Of a DNA stretch of 64,000 bases, positions 19,940 to 30,017 are shown piece by piece; positions within the stretch are counted from its first letter, which is position 1; the number at the start of each line of letters is the position of its first letter. Made by a program: the position numbers and the translations under genes. The stretch comes from an uncultured Gammaproteobacteria bacterium. GTDB lineage: Bacteria > Pseudomonadota > Gammaproteobacteria > UBA9214. The notes under the pieces were generated by a model that saw only the letters and a program-made list of their open reading frames with translations, was not told the origin of the DNA and did not search any database. The DNA is taken from the NCBI GenBank assembly GCA_963773065.1, contig CAVYZN010000008.1:1-64000 (forward strand), in the 5' to 3' direction.

Positions 19940-20550
19940 GCGCGCACGCGCCGTCCAACGCCGATGTCGGACAATACGGGCAGTACCACGCCGGCTGCGA
20001 TCGACGCGCCGGGACGGAGCCGCGAACCGGCGCCGATCTGAACGCCCCGGCCGATGCGGATGCGGCGCAAATACAATATCAGCCCGCCATTGCGCCGCTG
20101 CACCAGGTGCGCGTAACACGCCGAGCGATGACCGAAGATCACGCCGTCGCCGACCTCGAGCAGGCTGCGGTCGCTGATCTCGACTCGCGGCGTCCAGTGC
20201 ACGCCGCGGCCGATGCGGCTGCCCCATAGCCGCAGCCACGCGCTGTAGATACCCGGGATCAAGCGCAGCGCCGCTTCGAGCGCAGGGAACGCCGTATACA
20301 TCAGTTGAAACTGATAGGCGCCCCACCAAGGCGCGTAGCTCGCCTCATCGAGTCGGGTTCTGCCTTCCGCCAAGGGCCAGGCGAGCTGATGCAGGCGAAA
20401 ACACGCCACTGGCAGCAGGTAGACGGTTGCGAGCCAGAGCAGCGCCCTTGGCACAGAGGCTGGCGCGCTGATCCAGGACGCGAACGCCAGCAACACCAGG
20501 AGCAGCCAAGCGGCCGGGAACAGCGCAAACAGTCTCGCGCGCAGGGTCAT
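19936..20550 (-). CDS. Membrane-anchored left-handed beta-helix (hexapeptide) acyltransferase
   Basis: Two N-terminal TM helices, then WLRLWGSRIGRGV, LEVGDGVIFG and IRIGRGVQIGAGS repeats. Confidence 0.7.
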   Translation of the reverse strand: MTLRARLFALFPAAWLLLVLLAFASWISAPASVPRALLWLATVYLLPVACFRLHQLAWPLAEGRTRLDEASYAPWWGAYQFQLMYTAFPALEAALRLIPGIYSAWLRLWGSRIGRGVHWTPRVEISDRSLLEVGDGVIFGHRSACYAHLVQRRNGGLILYLRRIRIGRGVQIGAGSRLRPGASIAAGVVLPVLSDIGVGRRVRA

Positions 20551-21569
20551 ACGTAGAACTCGATCTCGCGCGACAGCGGCGGCAGAGCGCACGGGTCTTC
20601 GCCGCGCGCGATCGCCTCGCGCAGCGATTCGACACAGCGGTGGATGATGTCCGCCGGAGTATCGCGAAAATCGGCGCCGTAGCAGCGGATATTCTCCATC
20701 TGTGCAGCGAGGATCATCACATCCTGGTCGATCACGCGCTGGCCGTACCAGCGCACAAAGGGGCGCGCCAAGTCGTTAAACAGGCCGAAATTGTAGGTGA
20801 GGTCGGTGTACACGAGGGTGTCACCGCCGTCGTCGGCCCCGGTGGGCACCGACTGAGACGTGATGATAAAGGTGCGCGCGCCAATCTCGTAGGTCACACA
20901 GGTGACATTTGGCACCAGGAAGCTGTCGGTGTGCCGGATCTCGGCGCCGCGAGGATTCAGGAACCAGCGCCAGGTGCCGAGGTTGGCGCGCTCGTTACGG
21001 TAACTGACATGGACGGCGCCCTCGGCACGGGTGACGCCGGCGGCGATGCGTTCGCCTTTCGGCGAGCGGAATATCCCGGTGTGAACGAACGCGGTGTGTG
21101 GGATGTCGATGAAGTTTTCGACACAGTTGGTGACCGTGTTGATGAAGTGGTTGCGCAGCCGTATGTGGCGCCAGCCTCGCTCGCCGAAGTGGCGCATGCG
21201 CCATGGCGCAATATCGTCCGAATCGTTGCGGCTCAACCGCGCGTACACATAGCCGTCCAGCTCGCGTACCTCGGGCCGCGGCATGCGGTGGCCGTAGTCG
21301 GTCGCCGGCGCTTGTGACGGTATGTGAGTGACGCGCCCGCTGCCGTCGTAGCGCCAGCCGTGATAGGGGCAGACCAGCTCGCCGTTGAGAACGCAGCCCT
21401 TGGAGAGCGGCGCGTTGCGATGCAGGCAGCGGTCCGGCAATCCCGCCGCTCGCCCGTCGGCGTCGCGAAAAACCGCCAGCCGCTCGCCGAGCACGCGACG
21501 CGCCAGGACGCGGCCGTCGCGCAATTCGCTACTTTCGGCCAAGACGTACCAGAAGTCTTTGAAATGCAT
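20547..21569 (-). CDS. Rieske non-heme iron oxygenase (VanA-like)
   Basis: DRCLHRNAPLS...CPYHGW, ENFIDIPHTAFVH and DQD motifs. Confidence 0.88.
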   Translation of the reverse strand: MHFKDFWYVLAESSELRDGRVLARRVLGERLAVFRDADGRAAGLPDRCLHRNAPLSKGCVLNGELVCPYHGWRYDGSGRVTHIPSQAPATDYGHRMPRPEVRELDGYVYARLSRNDSDDIAPWRMRHFGERGWRHIRLRNHFINTVTNCVENFIDIPHTAFVHTGIFRSPKGERIAAGVTRAEGAVHVSYRNERANLGTWRWFLNPRGAEIRHTDSFLVPNVTCVTYEIGARTFIITSQSVPTGADDGGDTLVYTDLTYNFGLFNDLARPFVRWYGQRVIDQDVMILAAQMENIRCYGADFRDTPADIIHRCVESLREAIARGEDPCALPPLSREIEFYV

Positions 21570-22108
21570 TCCGCCGGGGCACCTGTTCGTCTCGGTGGTC
21601 GCAAGAACAGGAAGGCGTGCAAATTGGGGGACGGCCGCCCGCCGCTGCCACCCTGCGCACGTTTGTTGACGCACAAGCCGGAATTGCGTCGTTCCTCCTA
21701 CCCTACCGCGGGCAAGCCGCTTAAGGATAGGGAATTCAACCGCCAGAGACTGTAATCAAGCTGGCATGGTACGCCCGGCTAGTGCGCTCATCAAGGCGGT
21801 TGCACCGCCTCTTCAGCCACAAACGCGGGGTTTGCCGATAGGTCCACTCATCGACACCGCGTTGTGCGGATACAGAGCGCAAGCAGATGCGTTGCGACGC
21901 CTTCAAACGAACAAGAAGGGTATCCGGGGTCACGAGCGTCTCGATTTCATCGAGTCACCGCCGGCCACGGACCCTGGCCTTCACTGCAAACCGCCTGGGG
22001 ACGCCGTGTCGGTCGAAGCAATATCGCCACGGACGTAGCGGCAGGGCGGCCGTGTGCCCATGAGGATGCGGAGGTCACGATCCCGCCCCACCGCCGCGCG
22101 AAGTGCGA

Positions 22109-22931
22109 CTATTTCCTCACCAACCTCCGATACTGCGCCATATGCCGAATGGCCTGCTTCGGTCTTTTCATCACTTCGCACAGGAGCGCCATGTTGTAGT
22201 GACAATTCGCCATATGCGGATCGTGGTGCAATGCTTCCTCGTAGGCTTGCAGCGCTTCGTGTTTGCGATCCCTGTCCATCAGAAGAACACCGAGGTTATA
22301 CCACAACAGGGCGTCGTTCCCGCACGCGGCGAGCGCCTGGCGGTAGAGGCATTCAGCTTCTTCGAGACGGCCGGCTTCGTGCAGCAACCTGCCCAGGTTG
22401 ATATGGGCGCTGAGGTGGGTCGGATCGGCGGCGATGGCGCGCTGGTACGCCGCGCGCGCGGCCGCGGCGTCGTCGTTCTCCAGGACGTAGGCTTTTTCAA
22501 ACCAGTCTTCGGCGTTAGCCTGTGCGTTTGGAACGGTTGGCCCGGTCCGTTCGATCACCTTCATGGAGCCATCGGCCGGATCGCCCTCGAAGGCGAGCAG
22601 GTACTGGCCGGATTCCGCCTGCCAGCGATTGTTTCGTTCCTTGACCACCACGCGATGACCGATGGCGCCGATCGCGATACCCGACAGCGGCATGGTTTCG
22701 GGCAGGTGACGGCGCAGCGCCTTGAGTGAGGCGGTGATCCGCCGGGTCGGCACCTTGGCGGCGATAAGCGCCTGCGCCGTGCGCAGGATAATCGAGATCC
22801 TGGAACGAAAACAGGTAGACCTTGCGCGGACCGCGTACCGGCGAGACGAACCCGGCCTTGATGAGCCTATGGATCGTGCTGCGCGGCAGACTCAGCAACT
22901 TCTCAACCTCGCGCATGCCGAACTGATGCAT
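22109..22931 (-). CDS. MerR-like HTH plus TPR-repeat protein; frameshift near 22790
   Basis: N-terminus MREVEKLLSLPRSTIHRLIKAGFVSP...FSFQDL (frame of ORF 22515-23090). TPR repeats AHINLGRLLHE, LWYNLGVLL and CHYNMALL (frame of ORF 22109-22753). Confidence 0.7.
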
Positions 22932-22965
22932 CGCGGCCGAATCCTCCCCTGTCGGGTCTACGAAA

Positions 22966-23853
22966 TTATTCGCGCGTCTTCTTGCCGGCCTTCGGCGCCC
23001 TGGGCGACGCCTGAGCGCGCCCGGGTGGCTTGCGCGTCTCGGCGCGCGCCGGCTTAGGCGCCTTCGCGGGCGCGGCCGCCTTCTTCCCAAGGCTCGCGCG
23101 CAGCGCTTCCATGAGATCGATGATCTGCGCGCCGCCTTCGGTCGCGGCCTCGGACACGGCGATCTCCTGACCTTCCACCTTCTTCTGCACCGCCGCCTCG
23201 ATGCGCTCGTGCACCTCGTCCTTGTACGCCGCGGGATCGAAGACGTCCGCGGCCTGCTGTTCGATCAGTTGCCGTGCGAGCTTCAGCTCGGCCTCCTTGA
23301 CCTCGATCTTGGGGATGTCGATCTCGCCGATCGATCTGACTTCCGCGGCGTACAGCAGCTGCTGCATGACCAGGCCGTTCTCGAGCGGACGCAGCATCAC
23401 GATGTATTGCTTGCCGCGCGCCGCCCAGCGGCCGAGCGCGCAACGATTCGACTCGCGCAGGGCCTTCGCCAGCAGCGCGTAGGGCTTGGCGCCGCCCTTG
23501 TCCGGTGCGAGATAGTAGGCCTTGTCGAAGTACACCGGCTCCACGGATGAGATCGGAACGAATTCGGTGATCTCCGCGGTGTGCGTGCCCGTTTCCTCGA
23601 GCGCCTTCAACTCATCGGGCGTGAATACCACGTATTGGTCCTTGGCGAATTCATATCCCTTCACCATGTCTTCGCGCGGAACGACGACCTCCTCCTTGGC
23701 GCACACATATTGCTGCTTCAGGCGCGATCCGCAATCCTTGTGCAGCAGGTTGAATGAGATCGTCGCGCTCGCCTGGGTGGCGGAATAGAGCTTCACGGGG
23801 ATGGCGACGAGGCCAAACGAAACCGTCAGTGATGCAATCGATCGGGTAGCCAT
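22966..23853 (-). CDS. ku: Non-homologous end-joining protein Ku
   Basis: SFGLVAIPVKLYSA, VKGYE, YFDKAYYLAP and IIDLMEALRASL motifs; Lys/Ala/Pro-rich tail. Confidence 0.95.
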   Translation of the reverse strand: MATRSIASLTVSFGLVAIPVKLYSATQASATISFNLLHKDCGSRLKQQYVCAKEEVVVPREDMVKGYEFAKDQYVVFTPDELKALEETGTHTAEITEFVPISSVEPVYFDKAYYLAPDKGGAKPYALLAKALRESNRCALGRWAARGKQYIVMLRPLENGLVMQQLLYAAEVRSIGEIDIPKIEVKEAELKLARQLIEQQAADVFDPAAYKDEVHERIEAAVQKKVEGQEIAVSEAATEGGAQIIDLMEALRASLGKKAAAPAKAPKPARAETRKPPGRAQASPRAPKAGKKTRE

Positions 23854-23927
23854 GGCTGTCCTCCGAATGTGTCCTGTCAACCGATGGGCGCTTGCTCAAA
23901 AATGCTGACCATTGTCTAAATTATGCG

Positions 23928-26717
23928 CTAGCCCTTGGCGTTGTCCAGCACGCGTTCGATGCTTTGCTTGCGGGTGAGCGCATGACGCCAGCGGTCTCCG
24001 CGCGCGGCCAGACGCTGCGCGGCATTGGTCAGCGTAAAGTCGAGCGGATGCGCCTGTTCAAGCTCTTCCCACGTCAGCGGCATCGAGACCGGCGCGCCGG
24101 GCAGGCCGCGGGGAGAATAGGCGACATTCAGCGTCTTGCCGCGGACGTTCATGGCGTAATCGATGAAGATCTTGCCGGTCCGCTTCGGGATGCTCCATTC
24201 CATGGTAATGTCCCGGGGATTTCGGCGCAGCAGATGTCGCCCCACCATCTCGCTCACCAGGCGCGCCGCATCATAGTCGAGCGTGCGCTCGATCGGCACG
24301 AACACGTGCAGGCCGGTCTTGCCGGAGGTCTTGACGATCGGTTCGAGCCCCATTCCCTGGAGCAGTTCGCGCAACCCGAAGGCGACCTCCTTGCCCTTCT
24401 CGAAGGCCACCGTGTTAAGCTCGGGCTCGGCGCCCGGTGGTTCCTTGCCGGAATAGATATACGGATCGATGTCGAAGACGACGTAGTCCGGGTAGTTGAG
24501 CACCGAACGCTCGAGTACAATGAGCGAGCTCGCATAGTCGGTGCTCCGGCTCGCCGCATCCGGTCCCAGCTTCGCGCGCGAATGCCAGACGTGAAATTCC
24601 AGTGTGCCCGCTTGTGCAAGCCAGAGCAACGTCGCGAGATTGTTGCAGATTATGTAGTCGTGCCGCTCATCCTTGTGTTCGGAGTACACGCCAACCGTCC
24701 CGGCGAACTCGGGCAGCGGCTGTTCCCAGTGCTTCTGGAAAAACCGTTCCTTGCCGATGCCCTCGGGCATGCGCACCAGGGTGAGCGGCCGATCCGCCAG
24801 ATGCGGCAGCATCGCCGGCGATACCCGCGCCAGGTAGCGCAGCAGGTCGCGCTTGGTAAGTGGGGGCTGCTTCAGCGCCGCGTCCGCCGGCCAATACACG
24901 CGATCGAGATGGGTGAGCCGGATCGCATGTGCGCCAACCGCAAGGGTGAAGGAGTCCTTCGGATTGTCGAGCTGGCGCAGGACTTCGTCGACCGGCGTAT
25001 TTGCCGTTGCCCCCGTATGGGTTTGCACGACGCGCCGGGAGCCGGTGCGCCGGACCCGCTTCGGTTCGACGTCGTCCCGCAACCGCAGAAACACCGGCGC
25101 GCGCAGATAGCCGTCCCGGGTCCAGTCCTGAAACTTCACTTCGACGACGGTCTCGGGCCTGATCCAGACCGTCGGATCATGCAGCGGCGGGGGCGCGGCG
25201 AATGGGCAGGCATCGGTTCGCAGTCGCTCGCAGCACGCCCGGACTCGCGCAAGCGAGTCATCATCGAAGCCCGAGCCGACGTGCCCGCAGTATTGCAGCC
25301 TGCCTCGACTCCAGTAGCCGAGCAGCAGCGCGCCCAGAGGGGCGCGCGAAGCTTTTCCTTTGGTGTAGCCACCGACAATAAATTCCGCGCTGCGCGTGGG
25401 TTTGATCTTGAGCCAAGCGGAAGAACGCCGACCGGCATCGTACTTGCTGTCCTTGCGCTTGGCCATGACGCCCTCGAAACCATGCGCGAGCGCCGCCTCG
25501 TACAGCGCCACGCCGTCCTGTACGGCATGAACGAGTTGTACGTGCGCCATCGGCAGCAGGCACTGCGCCAGGTAACGGCGGCGATCCTCGTAGGGTGCGG
25601 CACGCAGGTTGATGCCGGCGAAGTGCAACAGGTCGAAGCAGTACAATACGACCGGTAGCCTGCGGTCCGCCGCGGCGATTTCCGTTTCGCTCCGCAGCCG
25701 CGCGCGCTCCTGCAGCGCGGCGAACGACGGCACGCCTCCCGCATCGAAGGCCACGAGTTCACCGTCCAGGATCATGCCCGGCACGGCTTGCTGCGCCAGC
25801 TCCCCGACCAGCGCCGGGAAGGCGGCCGTGAGATCGAGGCCGCCGCGGCGCGACTGAAACCGCACGCCGGGCTCGTCGATGAAGACGAGCACTCGGTAAC
25901 CGTCGAGCTTGGGTTCCCACAGCCAGCGAGCATCGTTGAAGGGGGCCTCGCCGGGCTTTGCCATCATGGGCACGAGCTTCGCGGGCAGGCTCTCGGTCTC
26001 GCCCGCCGGGACGAGCCGGGAAGCCGGGAGCCGCGGTACCGGGCGGCGCCTGAGATCGTCGAGCGTCAAGCCAGACAGCACCGATTGGTTCTGCGCCGTC
26101 GTGTCGATCTGCGCGGCAAACCGGTCCTTGTGTTTGATGAGAAACCAGTTCTTTTTGTCCGAACTCCGAACCAACGCGAACGAGCCCTTCAGCTTCTCGC
26201 CGCGCAGCGTGATACTGAGCTTGCCGTTCTCGAGATCCTGGCGCACCCGGCGTTGCGCCTGTTCGCGGTCATGAAGAGTGTGTTCCCGATCTTCCTCCGG
26301 CGCGTAGACGCCGCAGTCCCAGACGATCACCTCGCCGGCGCCGTACTGTCCGGGAGGAATTACCCCTTCGAAAGAGGCGTAATCGTACGGATGGTCTTCC
26401 GTCTGTACCGCCAGGCGCTTCTCGTTGGGGTCGAGCGACGGGCCTTTCGGCACCGCCCATGACTTCAGGACGCCGTCGAGCTCGAGCCGGAAGTCATAAT
26501 GCAGCCGCCGCGCCGAATGTTGCTGCACGACAAAGAGCAGCGGTCCCGCGCCAGCCGCCGGCATTTGCGGCGTCGGCTCGGGGGTGGCTTTGAACGTCCG
26601 TTTGGTGGAGTATTCCTGGAGCGGCGCCGGCGTTCCCGCACGCGCAGCCGCCTGATCCGCCGGCTTTTTGCGCGGATGTCGGGGAATGGGTTTGCGCTGT
26701 AGCGAGCGGGGTGCCAA
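23928..26717 (-). CDS. ligD: DNA ligase D (phosphoesterase, ligase and polymerase domains)
   Basis: FVVQQHSARRLHYDFRLE, EPKLDGYR, EGVMAK, WLKIK, FDIDP, KTSGKTGLHV and IFIDY motifs. TTG start with a GGAGG RBS is inferred. Confidence 0.93.
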   Translation of the reverse strand: MAPRSLQRKPIPRHPRKKPADQAAARAGTPAPLQEYSTKRTFKATPEPTPQMPAAGAGPLLFVVQQHSARRLHYDFRLELDGVLKSWAVPKGPSLDPNEKRLAVQTEDHPYDYASFEGVIPPGQYGAGEVIVWDCGVYAPEEDREHTLHDREQAQRRVRQDLENGKLSITLRGEKLKGSFALVRSSDKKNWFLIKHKDRFAAQIDTTAQNQSVLSGLTLDDLRRRPVPRLPASRLVPAGETESLPAKLVPMMAKPGEAPFNDARWLWEPKLDGYRVLVFIDEPGVRFQSRRGGLDLTAAFPALVGELAQQAVPGMILDGELVAFDAGGVPSFAALQERARLRSETEIAAADRRLPVVLYCFDLLHFAGINLRAAPYEDRRRYLAQCLLPMAHVQLVHAVQDGVALYEAALAHGFEGVMAKRKDSKYDAGRRSSAWLKIKPTRSAEFIVGGYTKGKASRAPLGALLLGYWSRGRLQYCGHVGSGFDDDSLARVRACCERLRTDACPFAAPPPLHDPTVWIRPETVVEVKFQDWTRDGYLRAPVFLRLRDDVEPKRVRRTGSRRVVQTHTGATANTPVDEVLRQLDNPKDSFTLAVGAHAIRLTHLDRVYWPADAALKQPPLTKRDLLRYLARVSPAMLPHLADRPLTLVRMPEGIGKERFFQKHWEQPLPEFAGTVGVYSEHKDERHDYIICNNLATLLWLAQAGTLEFHVWHSRAKLGPDAASRSTDYASSLIVLERSVLNYPDYVVFDIDPYIYSGKEPPGAEPELNTVAFEKGKEVAFGLRELLQGMGLEPIVKTSGKTGLHVFVPIERTLDYDAARLVSEMVGRHLLRRNPRDITMEWSIPKRTGKIFIDYAMNVRGKTLNVAYSPRGLPGAPVSMPLTWEELEQAHPLDFTLTNAAQRLAARGDRWRHALTRKQSIERVLDNAKG

Positions 26718-26866
26718 AAGTGCCTCCCTTTGTGTGGGTGTGGGTTTGGGTTGATGAGCACGCCGGCAAACGGTGCGTATAATTTGCCTCCTTTTTTCCC
26801 GCAAAGGGAAGGGAGCGGGAACGCGCTATATTTGCCCACCTACTCAGTAATTTTAGGAGCAATCGG

Positions 26867-27574
26867 ATGCAGGTGCTAGTAGGGACAAGCGGATATTCCT
26901 TCAAGGAGTGGCGCGGCCACTTCTACCCGGAAAAGCTGCCCGCGAATGCCATGTTGCGCTATTACGCCGCGCATCTGGCCACGGTGGAGATCAACAACAC
27001 GTTCTACCGCATGCCCTCGGAAACGATACTCGCGCGCTGGGTGACCGAGGTGCCCGCGCACTTCGCCTTCACGCTCAAGGCGCCACGGCGCATCACGCAT
27101 GAGAAACGCCTGATCGACGCCGGACCCGAAGCCGCCGAGTTCCTGCGCCGGTCTGCAGCCCTCAAAGACAGGCTCGGCGCGCTGCTGTTCCAGTTGCCGC
27201 CGTACCTTAAGAAGGACCTGCCGCGCTTGACGGATTTCCTCGCGCTGCTGCCCGCCGGCCCGCGGGTAGCCTTCGAGTTCCGAAACGATTCCTGGCAAAG
27301 CGACGACGTCTACGAGGCCCTGCGCGCCCGCGGCGCGATGCTCTGCGTCACCGATACCGACGAGGGCGACACGCCTTTTGTCGCTACCGCCGACCACGGT
27401 TACCTGCGCCTGCGGCGCACGCACTACGACGACGCCGACCTGCGCGCCTGGCTCGACCGCATCGCCGCCCAGCCGCTGACCCGGAGCTATGTGTACTTCA
27501 TGCACGAAGACGCGGCGTTGGGAACACGTTTCGCACAGCGGCTGACGGAGCTGGCGCTAGACCGCTTGCCGTGA
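26867..27574 (+). CDS. DUF72 family protein
   Basis: VGTSGYS, VEINNTFY, LKAPRRITH, LFQLPP, EFR, YLRLR and YFMHE motifs. Confidence 0.9.
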   Translation: MQVLVGTSGYSFKEWRGHFYPEKLPANAMLRYYAAHLATVEINNTFYRMPSETILARWVTEVPAHFAFTLKAPRRITHEKRLIDAGPEAAEFLRRSAALKDRLGALLFQLPPYLKKDLPRLTDFLALLPAGPRVAFEFRNDSWQSDDVYEALRARGAMLCVTDTDEGDTPFVATADHGYLRLRRTHYDDADLRAWLDRIAAQPLTRSYVYFMHEDAALGTRFAQRLTELALDRLP

Positions 27575-27589
27575 TCTCGCGCCGCCATC

Positions 27590-27790
27590 CGCCTCATCGC
27601 CCCGTCGCCGGCACTCAGCGTCAACCCATTCAAGGTAATCGTCCCGCGACCGACCTGCACCCAGCCCAGGCGCTGGGGTCGCAACCCGTGCGTCACGGTC
27701 TCGCCTTCTGCCACTCGCCCGGCGTAGACGTCGACGTTTTGATGTACGGTCAGTGCACCGTCGCGGCTGCCGCCACTGGCAACCAGCACG
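27590..27790 (-). pseudogene. Pirin (YhhW-like) C-terminal fragment
   Basis: LVASGGSRDGALTVHQNVDVYAG...WVQVGRGTITLNG..LSAGDGA; no N-terminal cupin half is seen. Confidence 0.6.
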
Positions 27791-28064
27791 AGATCTCTTG
27801 TATAGACGTATCTTTTCCGAAAATCCAGGGGTAGTGGCCAGCCATTCGCAGTGTCGAATGTGCTTCGGAATTAAGTACACATCTATTGTGAAATTCGGTG
27901 ATAATGCCGTCACGGCCGGTGCTCGCGGATACCACAAAGGCAAATGACCACCGTGCTATGCTTATGAAGCGACCACGCAACCGCCTCGAGTGTCGACGCC
28001 GTTTCATTGAGGTTAGTGAATTCACACGTTGGCTCGCCATCGAAGAGGAGGGATCGAAACCGCC

Positions 28065-29244
28065 ATGAAGGATTACAAATACGTCATTATCGGCGGCGGC
28101 ATGACCGCGGATGCGGCGGTTCGCGGTATCCGCGAGCGCGACGACAGCGGGAATATCGCCGTGCTGAGCGGTGAAAAATACCCGCCGTACGACCGTCCAC
28201 CCCTGTCGAAGAAATTGTGGACCGGCAAGCCGCTCGATAGCATCTGGCGCAAGACCGAGCAGGCCAAAGCCGATCTTTTCCTGGACACGCGCGCGGTGAA
28301 CGGCGACGCTACGAGGAAAACCATCACGGACCACCGCGGCGAAGTCTACCGCTACGAGAAGCTGTTGCTGGCGACGGGCGGCGTGCCGCGACGTCTGCCG
28401 TTCGCGGCTGACGGCGTCATCTACTTCCGCACGCTCGACGATTACCAGCGCCTGCGCGCGCTGGCCGATGGCAAGTCCGCATTCATCGTCATCGGCGGCG
28501 GCTTCATCGGTTCGGAGATCGCCTGCGCGCTCGCCGGCAGCGGCTGCAAAGTTACCATGGTGTTTCCCGACAGCGGCATCGGCGCGCGCATTTATCCGCC
28601 CAAATTACTCCGAATTCCTCAACGCTTATTTTCTCGATAAGGGAGTCAGCGTCCTGACCGGAGAGAAGATCCATGCCCTGGAAATGAAGGGCACAAGGTT
28701 CACTGTCAATAGCGAAAGTGGAAAGACCTTGTCCGCGGACGCGGTCGTCGCCGGCATCGGCATCGAACCCGAGGTTGGCCTGGCGAAGTCGCTCGGCCTC
28801 AAGGTTGACAACGGCATCGTGGTCGATGAACAACTGCGCACCACTCTACCCAATACTTTCGCCGCCGGCGATGTCGCCAATTTCTACAGCGCGCCTCTTG
28901 GCATGCGCCGCCGCGTCGAACACGAGGACAACGCCAATACCATGGGTGCGATGGCCGGACGCAACATGGCCGGCCAAGCGGAAAAATACGAACACCTGCC
29001 TTACTTTTATTCCGATCTGTTTGATCTGGGTTACGAAGCGGTCGGCGAATTCGGCGCCGACCTGGAGATCGTCGAAGATTGGAAGGAGCCGTTTCGCCAG
29101 GGCGTTGTGTATTATCTCAAGGCCGGGCGCGTGCGTGGCGTATTGCTGTGGAATACCTGGGGTCAGGTCGATGCCGCGCGCCGCCTGATCGGTGCCCAAG
29201 ACACCATCAATGCGGCCGCGCTCATCGGGCGGATACACGCCTAG
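28065..29244 (+). CDS. FAD-dependent NAD(P)H oxidoreductase (ferredoxin-reductase-like); frameshift near 28605
   Basis: IIGGG, PYDRPPLSK, LLLATGG, IGGGFIGSE, AAGDVA, RRVEH and PYFYSD motifs. Confidence 0.85.
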
Positions 29245-29336
29245 CCGTCGGCGTACCATGGCGCTTTCGCCAACGGGATAATAGCGATGTGCGTTTATGC
29301 TGCCTATACTTCCACATACACATGTACGAGGCGCCG

Positions 29337-30017
29337 GTGAATAAACATAGCGGGACTCTTCCTTATCTGGCAGTGGGATTGGTGTGTGCCGCCGTGGGTT
29401 TGGGCGGCGCACCGCTCAACGCCGCGATGTTGAGCCAGTATTCTTTTGGGTTGTCCTGCGGCATGTCGCAGTCCGCCGCCGCTGCGACCCAGTCCCAGCC
29501 CCAGCCGGCCGGCAGCCTCGAAGGGCGTGTGGTCCGCATGGAACACGCGCCGGATGGCGGCACGCTGGTTGACATGCTGTCGCGCTTGAATGAGCTACAG
29601 CAGGAACTGCAGATCATACACGGCGAACTGGAAGTTCAGCGTCACAACGTCGGTACCCTCCAGCAGCATCAGCGGGAATTGTACGTGGACGTGAGCCGAC
29701 ATCTGAGCGATCTGGAAGTCGGCAAGACCGCCATGGCATCGGCTGATAATGACGACAAAGGCACACCGTCTCCGCCCAATGCTATCCCGCGACTGCCTAA
29801 TGCAATACCGCAGTTGCCCAATGCGATGCCGCAACTGCCTAATGCAATACCACAGTTGCCCAATGCGATCCCGCAACTGCCTAATTCAACACCACAACTG
29901 CCCAATGCGACCCCGCGACTGCCTAATGCAATACCACAGTTGCCCAACGCCACACCTCCTGCGTCCGGGAGCAATCCGCAGATGCCCACGTTCCAACAGC
30001 CCCTAGGCGTACCCTAG
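29337..30017 (+). CDS. Exported protein with a CpoB/YbgF-like trimerisation coiled coil and a (PNAIPQL)n tail
   Basis: Signal-like N-terminus. The segment LVDMLSRLNELQQELQIIHGELEVQRH...QRELYVDVSRHLSDLE aligns by eye to CpoB at 54264-55112. No TPR domain. Confidence 0.6.
   Translation: MNKHSGTLPYLAVGLVCAAVGLGGAPLNAAMLSQYSFGLSCGMSQSAAAATQSQPQPAGSLEGRVVRMEHAPDGGTLVDMLSRLNELQQELQIIHGELEVQRHNVGTLQQHQRELYVDVSRHLSDLEVGKTAMASADNDDKGTPSPPNAIPRLPNAIPQLPNAMPQLPNAIPQLPNAIPQLPNSTPQLPNATPRLPNAIPQLPNATPPASGSNPQMPTFQQPLGVP
29775..29957 (+). repeat. 21-bp tandem repeat (8 full units plus a partial unit) with 42-bp higher-order periodicity
   Basis: Units such as CCCAATGCGATCCCGCAACTG and CCTAATGCAATACCACAGTTG alternate; they encode PNAxPQL. 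Confidence 0.95.

Noticed and set aside
21600-22100. Short ORFs and a small hairpin between the cluster and the NHEJ block
   Set aside because: No recognisable protein motif or RBS; probably promoter region plus remnant sequence.
29775-29957. Possible CRISPR array
   Set aside because: Units are contiguous 21-mers with no unique spacers, they stay in frame within a CDS, and no cas genes are seen.
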